Assembly: GCA_964357635.1 (NCBI GenBank)
Contig: CAYHLZ010000001.1
Span: forward strand, 44,917 to 108,916
Origin: an uncultured Candidatus Saccharibacteria bacterium
GTDB taxonomy: Bacteria > Patescibacteriota > Minisyncoccia > Phycocordibacterales > Zambryskibacteraceae
DNA length: 64,000 bases
Reading direction: 5' to 3'
The notes beneath the pieces were generated by a model. That model was not told the DNA's origin, made no database searches, and was given only the letters and a program-made list of their open reading frames with translations. Below are positions 20,827 to 30,637 of this stretch, piece after piece. A program made the position numbers and the translations under genes. How positions within the stretch are numbered: position 1 is the first letter of the stretch; each line of letters opens with the position of its first letter.

Positions 20827-20844
20827 TGTAAAGTCTACTTTACA
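20827..20844. promoter_or_regulatory. Second TGTAAAG-N4-CTTTACA palindrome, upstream of thioredoxin-like/DsbD-like genes
   Basis: Identical 7-bp arms as the site at 20192..20209. Confidence 0.45.
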
Positions 20845-20899
20845 TTACATTCTATTTTTTATATAATCAAAATGTTAAGCATTACTAACATAACTAATT

Positions 20900-21373
20900 A
20901 TGAATAACACCAAACCAATTTTTATTATTCTGGCAATCCTTGTTGTTGCGGGCCTTGGTATTTATGGTTTATCAAAACCAGCCACAGAGGAAAAAGATGT
21001 TGCCATGGAAAAAGAAAAGTTGAGTGAGGTAGCAGCAACAGAAGAGCCAGAGACAATAATGAAGAAAGGCTCTTACGAGACATACAGTTCTGAGAAATTG
21101 TCTCTAGCTTCTACCAATAAGGTTGTCTTATTTTTTAGAGCCTCTTGGTGTCCAACGTGTCGAGCTCTTGATTCAGATATCCGCTCCAATCTTGAAAGTA
21201 TTCCCGAGAACCTAATAATCCTTGACGTTGATTACGATAACTCCACCGCCTTAAAACAGAAATATGGGATTACTCGCCAACACACACTAGTTCAGGTAGA
21301 TGCCTCTGGAGTGGCACTTAACAAATGGACTGGTTCGCCCACACTCTTAAATCTTATTTCAAAAGTAAAATAG
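20900..21373 (+). CDS. Membrane-anchored thioredoxin-like protein
   Basis: N-terminal TM then WCPTC active-site motif. Confidence 0.65.
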   Translation: MNNTKPIFIILAILVVAGLGIYGLSKPATEEKDVAMEKEKLSEVAATEEPETIMKKGSYETYSSEKLSLASTNKVVLFFRASWCPTCRALDSDIRSNLESIPENLIILDVDYDNSTALKQKYGITRQHTLVQVDASGVALNKWTGSPTLLNLISKVK

Positions 21374-21374
21374 G

Positions 21375-23156
21375 ATGACGCTTCTTGCCATATCTTTTTT
21401 CGCCGGAATTTTGACGGTTCTTGCGCCTTGTATTCTGCCGCTCTTGCCGGTAGTAGTTGGTTCTTCTGCTTCTGGGAGAAGTAGGAGCACTCCTTACATT
21501 GTGGTTGGCTCACTCGCCATATCTATAATTCTTTTTACCTATCTTCTTAAGGCTTCCACTGCTTTTATTATGGTACCGCCAGAAGTTTGGACCTATCTTT
21601 CCGGTGGCATACTACTACTCTTTGGTTTAACACTCCTTTTTCCGGGTCTCTGGGAAAGATTGCCAGGTATAAACAAACTCTCGGCTGGTTCAAATAAACT
21701 TCTGGGCGAAGGATATCAGAAGAAAAGTTTCTGGGGAGACGTGATAGTAGGAGCATCTCTTGGTCCAATTTTTTCCACTTGTTCGCCGACCTATTTTGTT
21801 ATCCTTGCTTCCGTTTTGCCCGCTAGCTTTCTTCTCGGTACAGCATATCTGCTTTCATACACCCTTGGACTTTCACTCATCCTCCTCTTTATTGCACTTC
21901 TTGGTGAACGCTTCGCTAGTCGTCTTTCGGGATTCTCCGACCCTCAAAGTAAGTTTAAACGAAGCATTGGGGCTCTCTTTATTGTCCTTGGGCTCCTTAT
22001 TGCTCTCGGGTACGAAAAAAAACTTGAAACAGCTATTCTTGATAGTGGCTTTTTAGACATCACTAAGCTTGAAAACAAACTTCTAAACCGCCTTGATATG
22101 CCAGAAGAAAGCTATTTGCCAGATACCGGATCCGAAGTCATTTCGGAAGAACTAGTAGCCTCGAGTCCAGAGACTACCTCGCCCGCAAAACCCGTGCCGA
22201 AAGTGAAAGGTGTTCCATACAAAGAGATAGTGAAGCCGGCTGGGTTTGTTAATACGAATGACCTTCCTATAAAACTTTCTGATTATGTTGGTAAATCGGT
22301 GATTCTTCTTGATGTCATGACCTATTCATGCATCAACTGCCAGAGAACCTTCCCATACCTAGTTTCTTGGTACGAGAAATATAAAGACGACGGGTTTATT
22401 ATCGTCGGTATCCATACACCCGAGTTTGCATTTGAAAAAGACAAAGAAAATGTAGAAAAAGCGATGAAAGAGTTCGGCATCACATTCCCCATAGTCTTGG
22501 ACAATGACTTTGGCACTTGGAACGCTTATGGCAACCGTTACTGGCCGAGGAAATATCTTATTGATATCTACGGCAACATCGTCTACGACCACATTGGCGA
22601 GGGCGCCTATGAGGAAATTGAAATGAAGATAAAGGAGTTACTTAAAGAACGCGTCAAGGTTCTTGGGGAAGGAGAGATGCCGACTAACGGTGAACTTGTT
22701 TCAAAAACTATATCGCCCCAAGTAACCACTTCCCAAAGTCCCGAAACCTACTTTGGCTCGCTTAGAAACGAATATTTACGAAACGGCATGGTTGGTAGAA
22801 CAGGGGAACAGACTCTTACGGTACCGGCACAAATTTCTCTAAACGGACTGTATCTCGGTGGCACTTGGAACTTTAATGGTGAATACGCCAAGTCGGTTAA
22901 AAATTCAAAAGTAGTTTACCGATACAATGCAAAAGAAGTTTATATCGTAGCCAGTGCTGACAGCGCTCTTGAAATGGAGGTCTGGCAAGATGGCAAACTT
23001 GTGACGGCCGAGGCGGGGGCAGACGTAGTCAATGGCACTGTCACGATTAAAGAAAGTAAACTCTACAAACTTATAAAAAACATTACACCCGGCGAACACA
23101 CCCTAGAACTCCGCGCCGAAGACGGAATACTCCTCTTTGCCTTCACTTTCGGTTAA
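21375..23156 (+). CDS. CcdA/DsbD-like transmembrane thiol-disulfide transporter fused to TlpA/redoxin-like domain
   Basis: N-terminal multi-TM region with conserved Cys (LAPCILPLLP, STCSPTYF) typical of CcdA/DsbD. C-terminal thioredoxin-like YSCINC. Begins 2 nt after upstream trx-like gene. Confidence 0.7.
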   Translation: MTLLAISFFAGILTVLAPCILPLLPVVVGSSASGRSRSTPYIVVGSLAISIILFTYLLKASTAFIMVPPEVWTYLSGGILLLFGLTLLFPGLWERLPGINKLSAGSNKLLGEGYQKKSFWGDVIVGASLGPIFSTCSPTYFVILASVLPASFLLGTAYLLSYTLGLSLILLFIALLGERFASRLSGFSDPQSKFKRSIGALFIVLGLLIALGYEKKLETAILDSGFLDITKLENKLLNRLDMPEESYLPDTGSEVISEELVASSPETTSPAKPVPKVKGVPYKEIVKPAGFVNTNDLPIKLSDYVGKSVILLDVMTYSCINCQRTFPYLVSWYEKYKDDGFIIVGIHTPEFAFEKDKENVEKAMKEFGITFPIVLDNDFGTWNAYGNRYWPRKYLIDIYGNIVYDHIGEGAYEEIEMKIKELLKERVKVLGEGEMPTNGELVSKTISPQVTTSQSPETYFGSLRNEYLRNGMVGRTGEQTLTVPAQISLNGLYLGGTWNFNGEYAKSVKNSKVVYRYNAKEVYIVASADSALEMEVWQDGKLVTAEAGADVVNGTVTIKESKLYKLIKNITPGEHTLELRAEDGILLFAFTFG

Positions 23157-23210
23157 TCCAATTTATCTTTAAAGAAAAAACCACTTCACATTTTGACACA
23201 TGAAATGGTT

Positions 23211-23945
23211 TCAAAGTTTTTTCTGTCGCTCCCGCCATTCCGAGATTTGCTTCCTTGATCCCGATAGTACCGTTACCAAGAGTCTCGGCTCTGTGATGTT
23301 GGGCTCGGAGTGGAGCACAGCATCTGCGTCACCGACAAGGTAAATAGTCGCCCCGCCAGCGCCCCCCATCGCTAACGGTTCGACAACTTCCGCAAGCTTC
23401 TTTCTTATGCGCAGGTCTTCTTCGTCAAACTTATCCGGGTTGGATAAATTTTCCATGTAATTTTTACTGGCTTCCTCAATTAACCTGTCTGCCAGTGCCT
23501 CATCTCTTGCTACACCGAAAAGAGTTTGCGGACCCTTCAACGTAGTTGCAAGTTTGTAGCACTTTTTTTCTGAAGCAAAGTACTTGCCATCAGGATGCCA
23601 GCGCGGAACAACAAACTCATTTGCGGGAAGTTGTGCTCGCACCATGGTCCAGACGGCCTCTCCGCCGAAGCCTTGGCACATTTCCTGCGAAAGCCGGAGA
23701 ACGATGCCAGCCACAGAAGAGAGGGTATCGGGGCTGTTATCACCGAGCCCGGCAAGGTGCCTTTCGAGCTGACTCTTGAGTAGCTTTGTGGGTAGTCCGA
23801 AAAAGTCAAACTGGTCCAACCTCCTATCAATAACGAGGTCATTGAGGTGACTTCTCTCACCAGACGGGAGGAACATGTCAATGTTAAGCAGTCTTTCCGA
23901 ATCGAGTTTTCCCAAAGAGTCACGAAGTATTTCCTTAATGAACAC
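23211..23945 (-). CDS. Hypothetical protein
   Basis: Long ORF in GC-rich islet; no motif recognised. Confidence 0.35.
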   Translation of the reverse strand: MFIKEILRDSLGKLDSERLLNIDMFLPSGERSHLNDLVIDRRLDQFDFFGLPTKLLKSQLERHLAGLGDNSPDTLSSVAGIVLRLSQEMCQGFGGEAVWTMVRAQLPANEFVVPRWHPDGKYFASEKKCYKLATTLKGPQTLFGVARDEALADRLIEEASKNYMENLSNPDKFDEEDLRIRKKLAEVVEPLAMGGAGGATIYLVGDADAVLHSEPNITEPRLLVTVLSGSRKQISEWRERQKKL

Positions 23946-24030
23946 GGGTTACTCCTGTGTAGCTTTTCCGCGTGCACATTATAATAAAATTTTCACTCTG
24001 TCAAGTTTTATAAAAAGAAGGACCCACACT

Positions 24031-24534
24031 TCATATGGGTCCCCCAAGGGTCTTTCTGAGTTCCGACAATTCATATTCTATGGTGTGTTCGAGTTCTCCT
24101 TTCGTCGGGTGAATCAGATTGATGTTTGAAACTCCGAGATTGACCTTGAAAAGCGAAAAGCTTGAATCTGGAACAAGAAGCAGAGCATGCTTTGACGTGG
24201 GTGTGAACCCCATGACATTACACGAGTAAAGGACTATCAATCCGTATTCAAAGTCACGCTTGTCAATCCAGGACTGAACGTAGCCAATGCGTCCTCGATC
24301 AGCGTAGAGCCAACTTCCCCTGCCAACACAACCGTGAGCCATGAGGCAGGCAGTACGTGTCTTTCCCACGCTCTTCTTGTAGGTTTCAATGTACTCTTTC
24401 TCAAAAACATCCAGTTCGGAGAGCAAAATATCAGGTTGACGGTAGATTATCTCCTCGTCACCCTCGTACTGACTGTAATGCTCTGCTGATACCCAGATAT
24501 CCATGTTGTGCTGGTCAAACGAAATCTTCCTCAC
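24031..24534 (-). CDS. Hypothetical protein
   Basis: ORF in islet; no motif recognised. Confidence 0.35.
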   Translation of the reverse strand: MRKISFDQHNMDIWVSAEHYSQYEGDEEIIYRQPDILLSELDVFEKEYIETYKKSVGKTRTACLMAHGCVGRGSWLYADRGRIGYVQSWIDKRDFEYGLIVLYSCNVMGFTPTSKHALLLVPDSSFSLFKVNLGVSNINLIHPTKGELEHTIEYELSELRKTLGGPI

Positions 24535-24582
24535 GCTTACCTCCTTTGCCTTGGTACAAACTACTCCTTTGGAAAACTGGAG

Positions 24583-24885
24583 TCAAACTTGTATTTCTAT
24601 AGAAAAACTTACCTTATCTTTGGCAAAGATTCCTTCCTTTTTACGAACAAGAGCTTTGAGGGGTAGGAGATAAGTGTCGGAGCGTTTATCAAAAAAGATT
24701 GATGTTCTCCAACTTGTTTTGCCGAGTGTCACCAAGACTGGGAGCGACCCCCAGCCACGATGTATAGAAGCAAATTGTTTCCTTATAATGGCCGCTTCTT
24801 TTTTCGGCAGATAAATAAAGTGCCAGCCCGCCATACCGGGGTAGAGAAGTACTTCTGACTTCAGTTTGTATGTGTTTGATTTCAT
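24583..24885 (-). CDS. DUF1905-like small protein
   Basis: ~100 aa with GMAGWHFIYLPK pattern resembling the DUF1905 (YdeI N-terminal) family; from memory. Confidence 0.45.
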   Translation of the reverse strand: MKSNTYKLKSEVLLYPGMAGWHFIYLPKKEAAIIRKQFASIHRGWGSLPVLVTLGKTSWRTSIFFDKRSDTYLLPLKALVRKKEGIFAKDKVSFSIEIQV

Positions 24886-24937
24886 CTCATCTATTCTAGC
24901 AAAAAGAAAAAGCCGGAGAGTTAGTCCGGCTTTCAGG

Positions 24938-25660
24938 CTAGGAGCATTTTTTCCTGCTAAGTTTTTTCAGAGCTACACGCTGATATTCCAGAGCAGCTGT
25001 CCTGACATCGTCATTCTGGAAGCGCAGAGGATGCTTGATGAGATAGACTATGCCCTGCTCCCCACATTTATTGATAATCGGGGCAACCAACCAATGACCG
25101 CCGTGGTACAGGAAGTCTCTATTTCGCCAGAGGAAGTCGCCGAAACTCTGAGGCAACCACCCCTCTCCACCTTTCGCATCCTTGGGGTAATATAGGTCGT
25201 CTTTGTACTGGAAATACGACGCCATACCCTCAGAGACAAGGGCTCTCCCAACTAACATGTCAAACTCAAGTTGAGAGTTTTTAGAAACATCTGGCAACAT
25301 TCCATTACCAATCCGCCGACTGATCTGGTCTACCAAGGCGTGCACAAGCTCATGTTTGACCACGAGTTGATCCACTGCCGCTTTCTTGGCGGGTGAGATA
25401 ATGAACGACTGTGTTTCCGGGTAGTACTGGGCGACGAAATCTCCCCGTAACTGTGGCGCGATGTCGTCGGGTATTTTGAAAACTACTAGTGGCTTCCAGT
25501 CTGGATCAAACTTGACCCCATACCTTTTTTCCATAGCTATCGCTTCATTGGCAAATGCCTTTTGCCAGTTGAGTTGGTCTACATCAAACACTTCTTGGCT
25601 GAAGTTTTGTGGTGCCAACAGTGTCAGTACCAGTAACAGTACAAGCCTGGACTTATTCAT
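24938..25660 (-). CDS. Secreted putative zinc metallopeptidase (HExxH)
   Basis: Signal peptide MNKSRLVLLLVLTLLAPQNFS; HELVHALVDQ motif. Confidence 0.4.
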   Translation of the reverse strand: MNKSRLVLLLVLTLLAPQNFSQEVFDVDQLNWQKAFANEAIAMEKRYGVKFDPDWKPLVVFKIPDDIAPQLRGDFVAQYYPETQSFIISPAKKAAVDQLVVKHELVHALVDQISRRIGNGMLPDVSKNSQLEFDMLVGRALVSEGMASYFQYKDDLYYPKDAKGGEGWLPQSFGDFLWRNRDFLYHGGHWLVAPIINKCGEQGIVYLIKHPLRFQNDDVRTAALEYQRVALKKLSRKKCS

Positions 25661-25782
25661 TTCGCTTCCTCTTTTCTATAAGGGTACGTTTCTAGTTGAG
25701 AACGATACTCGGGATATACACAAAATCAAGTTGACAAAGTATCCAGTATATTTACTCTCCGAATGACGCTTTTTATAAAAGA

Positions 25783-25827
25783 AGACCGCCTTTTCCAAAT
25801 TGGATTAGGCGGTTTTTAATGCATCAC
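25783..25827. terminator. Hairpin plus T-run (GACCGCC...GGCGGTTTTT)
   Basis: Seen directly; preceded by TTTTATAAAAG boundary motif. Confidence 0.5.
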
Positions 25828-25958
25828 TCTCTTCGAGGTTTATCTTCGACCACCTCCGGCCACATAGGATATCATCAAGAAAATTCCGATGATTCACGAG
25901 CTTCAAAAGGAGGAGAACCGTATTAGGGTTCTCCTGAGGACTGGTGAGTGAAGGAGGG

Positions 25959-26759
25959 TCACGATACAAACACTTCTACCCTGATGTTTTTACGAAGGAC
26001 GGCGATCATGCGCTGTCTACGTTCAGTGTTTTTTTTCGTGATTCGAAGGGTCGATGTTTTGCCATCGTAGACCTTGTCGACAAAACCCCACCGTTTTGCC
26101 TCGTCGGCCGAGAGCCAACAGTCGATTTTTTTTCTTGTGTTTTCATCGAGCATTTCGCGGATTGCTTTTTCCGAACGTCTGCTGAACATTCCTTGTTCTT
26201 TCAGGCGCGCGACGTAGATACGAAACATCCGCTCGGTTGCCCTGCGTCGCTCGATGTCGACTGTATCCGCCACTTCGTCAAGACCATCGAACGCGTATGT
26301 TCCTCGATGGTACATGTATTGGGCCGGTGGGCGAATGACGAAACGGTCAGCCGCAAGCGGAATCAGGGATGTCATGGAGCGAGCCCATTTCGTTGCCAAT
26401 ACGGTAATCGGGTTTGGTGCATGAAGTATTGCTCCGAACATCTGCATGCCTTCTTCCCAATTGCCACCGCAACTTGCCATTTTGACAAGAATTGGTCGCT
26501 CAGGATCCAGGTTACCGAGGATACTAAGGTTGAGCTCAAAACGATCTGCCATGTTGTGCTCAACCCCCGGCTCATCACCGTTGTCAGAATTGTCGGTATT
26601 ACCTGTTTGTTGCGGGTCTCCGCCAACGTAGATAACAAAGTCATGTCTGTCCAGGCGATAGAGATGAATGTCTTCAGGAAAGAAGTCACCCATCATTGCC
26701 TGCCTGAGATAGGCCTCGTGCCCTTTATGACGGGCCGATTTTTTTGCTCGGGAACGCAT
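25959..26759 (-). CDS. ClpP-like (S14 family) serine peptidase homologue
   Basis: C-terminal LSADEAKRWGFVDKV resembles the ClpP C-terminal helix; central MASCGG and YMYHRG segments as candidate Ser/His positions. In GC-rich islet. Confidence 0.5.
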   Translation of the reverse strand: MRSRAKKSARHKGHEAYLRQAMMGDFFPEDIHLYRLDRHDFVIYVGGDPQQTGNTDNSDNGDEPGVEHNMADRFELNLSILGNLDPERPILVKMASCGGNWEEGMQMFGAILHAPNPITVLATKWARSMTSLIPLAADRFVIRPPAQYMYHRGTYAFDGLDEVADTVDIERRRATERMFRIYVARLKEQGMFSRRSEKAIREMLDENTRKKIDCWLSADEAKRWGFVDKVYDGKTSTLRITKKNTERRQRMIAVLRKNIRVEVFVS

Positions 26760-26959
26760 TACTGAGCCTCCTTTTTTTCAGAAGACCTTGTTTGTCTAGC
26801 GACCGTGTTTCTCGTTGTCATGGTCGGCTCCTTGGTGGTTCTGTAAAAAAGCTTAAAGTCCGTCGTGCATACTACTCCATCAAGAATAAATAAGCAAAAG
26901 AAAAGCCCCCGAGAAATCCCGGGGGCCTTTGAGGTTCGTGAGTTAGAGAAAACTCGTCT

Positions 26960-27409
26960 CTAACTCACGGCGCAGGAGAAGCGCTTCGGTGCCCTGCGAG
27001 GGACTCCAAGCTTCTCCTTGAGGAACCACTTGTGCTGGTCGAGATCATAGTACCCACGAAGGTCCTTCTTGATCTCGCGGATCTTCTGGACGAGCTCCTG
27101 ACCACCCCTTTCGTTCTTGAAGAGGCAGGAGGCGTTTGCGACCTCCTCAATTGCTTCAGGGCACACAAGGAGGATGCCGAGTGCCACCTTGCGGAATTCG
27201 TAAGGCGACGTGGCAGGGATGAGGAGCTCGATGATGGACTGGCGCCAACCCTTCGCCCGTCGCGCCTGCTCTTCATTCAGACGATCGAGGAGTTTCTTGC
27301 GAGGGTCCTCTACCCTTGCAATCTTGTTTGCTCGTCCTCTCTGAACGATCTCTGCGGTGATGAAAGCATCACGGAGCGAGTTAATGCTCATGCCAATTCT
27401 CCAATTCAT
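26960..27409 (-). CDS. Hypothetical protein
   Basis: ORF with 13-bp inverted repeat hairpin overlapping its stop codon (26927..26962). Confidence 0.35.
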   Translation of the reverse strand: MNWRIGMSINSLRDAFITAEIVQRGRANKIARVEDPRKKLLDRLNEEQARRAKGWRQSIIELLIPATSPYEFRKVALGILLVCPEAIEEVANASCLFKNERGGQELVQKIREIKKDLRGYYDLDQHKWFLKEKLGVPRRAPKRFSCAVS

Positions 27410-27511
27410 GTAACGAACACGCGGAACCGCCGCGCACGTTTTATCCTTATCAATTATAGCACGTTCAAATCATTTGTCAAGTATTAACTATATAATAAAC
27501 TTTTACTTAAA

Positions 27512-27727
27512 CTAAGATTCTCTCAAATATTTAAATCGAGAAACCTTCTCACCCTTGACCACAACCTCTTCTTCAAACATAGATCTAGGTCTTGCCCATA
27601 GTTTAGAAATACCATTGTCATACAAGGGTTCGTAAATCACCAAATCTTCAAGCGTCTCACTATGCTTGGCAATACCTATAACCCGATACTCCTTTCCTTT
27701 GTAGTGTTTGTATATTCCCAACTTCAT
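27512..27727 (-). CDS. DUF1653-family small protein
   Basis: YKHYKGKEYRVIGIAKHSETLEDLVIYEPLY matches the DUF1653 signature (from memory). Confidence 0.55.
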   Translation of the reverse strand: MKLGIYKHYKGKEYRVIGIAKHSETLEDLVIYEPLYDNGISKLWARPRSMFEEEVVVKGEKVSRFKYLRES

Positions 27728-27731
27728 TGTT

Positions 27732-27983
27732 TCAACGATGAGGACAACCGGCCCAACAACACGGGCGACGTATTCCAGCCATTAACTCGTCGCGCACCCT
27801 TTCAACATGGTTTCTTCTTGTTTCCGCTTTTTTCACCGAGATAGTCCAGCAGATCCATTCGTTTCTTGCGAGCGGGGTAATATCTTCCCACGCTTTTTTT
27901 GCCTTTGGGTTAGAAGTAAGAGCTTTTCGCAAATCTGCAGGAAGTTTATGTGCCGTACCAAAAGAGGGTTCGTTTTTACTCAT
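27732..27983 (-). CDS. YdeI/OmpD-associated family-like small protein
   Basis: PADLRKALTSNPKAKKAWEDITPLARNEWICWTISVKKAETRRNHVERV resembles PF13376. Confidence 0.45.
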   Translation of the reverse strand: MSKNEPSFGTAHKLPADLRKALTSNPKAKKAWEDITPLARNEWICWTISVKKAETRRNHVERVRDELMAGIRRPCCWAGCPHR

Positions 27984-28987
27984 AGTTAGAGTTTTGTTTG
28001 TTCTGGATTTTTCTTTCTGCTCTTTACGAGAAATACAATACCGGTAATAACCACTACCAGTCCGAGGAGTTGTCCTCCGGGGCTATCGTCGTATCCACCA
28101 TAAACAACCATAAACGCTCCAAACAATATTGCCAAAATTGAATACGCCATTTTTCTTTTATTCATATGAAGATTATACCGTTTATACAAAAGAAAACCGC
28201 CCTTTATCCCGGGGCGGCATCGGTCGACTCACTCACGTCACGAGTGATCAGTACTGCAAACTCCTCTACTTCTTGAGGGGGAATCCCCAGAGTTGAAGCA
28301 GCACGATCCAACTGTTCCTTGAAAGGGCCGTTGAGGAGTAGCCCGTCTCTTCGTAGTTGTTGCTTGAGAAGAAGATAGCCGATCTCACACTTACGCTCTT
28401 TATTCATTGCAGTCCTCGAGTGTAACGTTGGTCCAATACATATATACCAGCTACTCGTGATAAATGCAAAATTATTATTACTTCGTGTAGTACTAAAATA
28501 AAGAAAGAAGCTACTGGCTCCGCGACAGTTTTTATAAAAGGAAGACCGCCCGAAGGAGGTCTTCCTTGGGCGGTCACGTGTGGCGGAAATGTCCTTTTTC
28601 TTTGTACTTTCTTGCTTGTAGAAGAGCTTCTTCCAGTGGTAAGGATGGAACGAAATCAATCACTGTTTCATCCAACCCACATGTTGAAACTAGAACAATC
28701 TGAGAACAGAGGGTATAGGACGCCATGTGAATCTTGACGGCCATGGTAACACCCCCAGCTTGTTTCTTATCGAAAATTTCACGCAGTAGAGCGTTTATCA
28801 GTTCCATCAACATCTCCCATTGAGTTTGGACTTCTAGAGGACGGAAAGGTTCTAATCGCCATGTTTATCTATCTCTCAGCTTATGTCAAGTACGGGCTCC
28901 GCGACCGGTTTTATAAAAATAAACCGCTGTGCCTGATGGACACAACGGTTTTTTAACAGATACGAAGGCCTTACTCACATATCCTTC

Positions 28988-29170
28988 CTAGCGCCTCGGT
29001 CGGGACTGATCACACTTTTCAAGATATTGAGCAAGAGCCTCTCTTGTAATATCTGCTAGTGACTTCTTCTCGCGGAAAGCTATGTTCCGCAACAGGTCAT
29101 GTGTTCGTGACTCTATCGCCACAAACAGTTTAACGGGACATATCAACTTTGTCTTGTTGGCCACAGCCAC
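28988..29170 (-). CDS. Putative ribbon-helix-helix (CopG/Arc-like) DNA-binding protein
   Basis: 60 aa; C-terminal SLADITREALAQYLEK resembles RHH helix pair. Confidence 0.35.
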   Translation of the reverse strand: MAVANKTKLICPVKLFVAIESRTHDLLRNIAFREKKSLADITREALAQYLEKCDQSRPRR

Positions 29171-29397
29171 TCTCCCCTAGTTTATAGATCGTTGCCCGCG
29201 CCACAATAACAAGAAATTATAAGCCTTGTCAATTTGTCTCCGCGACAGGGATCTCTCGGCTTACAGCCGCAGTACACCTTTCGTATTTTCTCATCCTTCA
29301 ACAAATTCAGGACTCGAAAATATATTCAAGGTCTTCTCGCCCTGGACGCAAGCAGGTTCACTGCTTGCTTCGCGTCGCAAAATTGCAAACAATTTTG

Positions 29398-29470
29398 CTC
29401 CGCGACCAGGGCTCGAACCTGGGACATCCTCCTTAACAGGGAGGCGCTCTACCAACTGAGCTATCGCGGA
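29398..29470 (-). tRNA. tRNA-Asn (anticodon GTT)
   Basis: Reverse complement TCCGCGATAGCTCAGTTGGTAGAGCGCCTCCCTGTTAAGGAGGATGTCCCAGGTTCGAGCCCTGGTCGCGGAG; 7-bp acceptor stem, D-loop GG, anticodon loop CUGUUAA, T-loop GGTTCGAGCCC. No encoded CCA. Confidence 0.85.
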
Positions 29471-29736
29471 ATGGATGCTAGAATAATAATGGTAATTTAG
29501 ACATTAATCAATTAAGGATTAAATATGGACCAAAAAAGTTATTATTATGTCACGGGAACCGTTTTCCTTATTATTGCTGTTCTACATTTCTTGAGACTTA
29601 TCTACGGATGGCCAGCCAATATTGGTACTTTTGTGGTGCCGATGTGGTTAAGTTGGGCTGCCCTGGTCTTTGCCGGATATCTCGCATACCAAGGATTAAA
29701 AATAAAAAGATAACCTAAAGATGCTAGAATAGCGCT

Positions 29737-30612
29737 GTGAATTTCAAGAACTTCAAACTAGATACCCAAACAGGTCTCCTTATCGCTATTATTCTGGCGT
29801 TGCCTCTGTCTGGCTATGTGGCTTACCAGTACCGCGCGCTTTATAACGAGTTTGAGTTGGCGAGCACAGCGAATGCAGAACTTTCTGCTGAACTTGAAGC
29901 AATAAAATCGGAGAAAGAACAATTACTTTCTAAAACAGGCGAACAGAAGACAATCATTGATTCTTTTAGCGGTCAGATAGAAAATATTTCTTCCACCGTC
30001 GGCACTCTTGATAAGCTTGCCAAAACAGACAAAGAACTTCTCCAGAAATATTCCAAAGTTTATTTTCTAAACGAACACTACGTTCCAGACGCTCTGACAG
30101 AGATAGAAGACGATTACGCCTTTGAACAGGGTGGTGGCAATCTTCTCATCCACGACAAAGTTTGGCCGTATCTTAAAGAAATAATTCTTGAAGCAAAAGA
30201 AGATGGTATTGATCTCTTGGCCGTCTCGGCCTTTCGTTCTTTTGAGGCCCAAGGCTCACTGAAGTCAGAATATCGCTTTACCTACGGAGCCGGCACTGCC
30301 AACCAATTTTCTGCCGATCAAGGATATTCTGAACATCAGCTTGGCACATCTTTAGACTTCACCACCAAGGCCTTAGGTGCCAATTTCACAAAATTTGGTT
30401 CAAGTACCGGCCTTGAATGGCTTGAAAATAATGCCCACAAATATGGCTTTATCCTTTCTTATCCGGCTGGCAATGGTTACTATACATACGAGCCGTGGCA
30501 CTGGAGATTTGTCGGAGTAGACCTAGCCACCAACCTTCATGAAATGGGCAAGCATTTCTACGACCTTGAACAGCGCGAGATAGACAAATATCTCGTAAAG
30601 CTTTTTGACTAG
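29737..30612 (+). CDS. D-alanyl-D-alanine carboxypeptidase (peptidase M15B/VanY family)
   Basis: SEHQLGTSLDFT zinc-binding His/Asp segment and YEPWHWRFVG C-terminal motif; N-terminal TM plus coiled coil. Confidence 0.75.
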   Translation: MNFKNFKLDTQTGLLIAIILALPLSGYVAYQYRALYNEFELASTANAELSAELEAIKSEKEQLLSKTGEQKTIIDSFSGQIENISSTVGTLDKLAKTDKELLQKYSKVYFLNEHYVPDALTEIEDDYAFEQGGGNLLIHDKVWPYLKEIILEAKEDGIDLLAVSAFRSFEAQGSLKSEYRFTYGAGTANQFSADQGYSEHQLGTSLDFTTKALGANFTKFGSSTGLEWLENNAHKYGFILSYPAGNGYYTYEPWHWRFVGVDLATNLHEMGKHFYDLEQREIDKYLVKLFD

Positions 30613-30637
30613 TTTCTTCTTCTGTTATACTGGAATT

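Larger units (their letters stand above)
23170..29397. mobile_element. Putative accreted genomic islet downstream of tRNA-Asn (GC-rich, all genes on minus strand, serial tRNA 3'-end fragments)
   Basis: Visibly higher GC than flanks. Partial copies of the tRNA-Asn 3' end (GCTCCGCGAC) at ~28517, ~28896, ~29238. Recurring TTTTATAAAAG(G)AAGACCGCC+hairpin at ~25771 and ~28529. No integrase in window. Confidence 0.45.

Noticed and set aside
23537-23977. Alternative minus-strand ORF overlapping 23211..23945, and the stack of plus-strand ORFs 23546..23783
   Set aside because: Mutually overlapping frames in a GC-rich segment; the longest ORF was kept, others regarded as GC-driven open frames.
25959-26759. 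ClpP-like peptidase as a prophage prohead protease marking an intact prophage
   Set aside because: No capsid, portal, terminase or integrase genes nearby; treated only as islet cargo.
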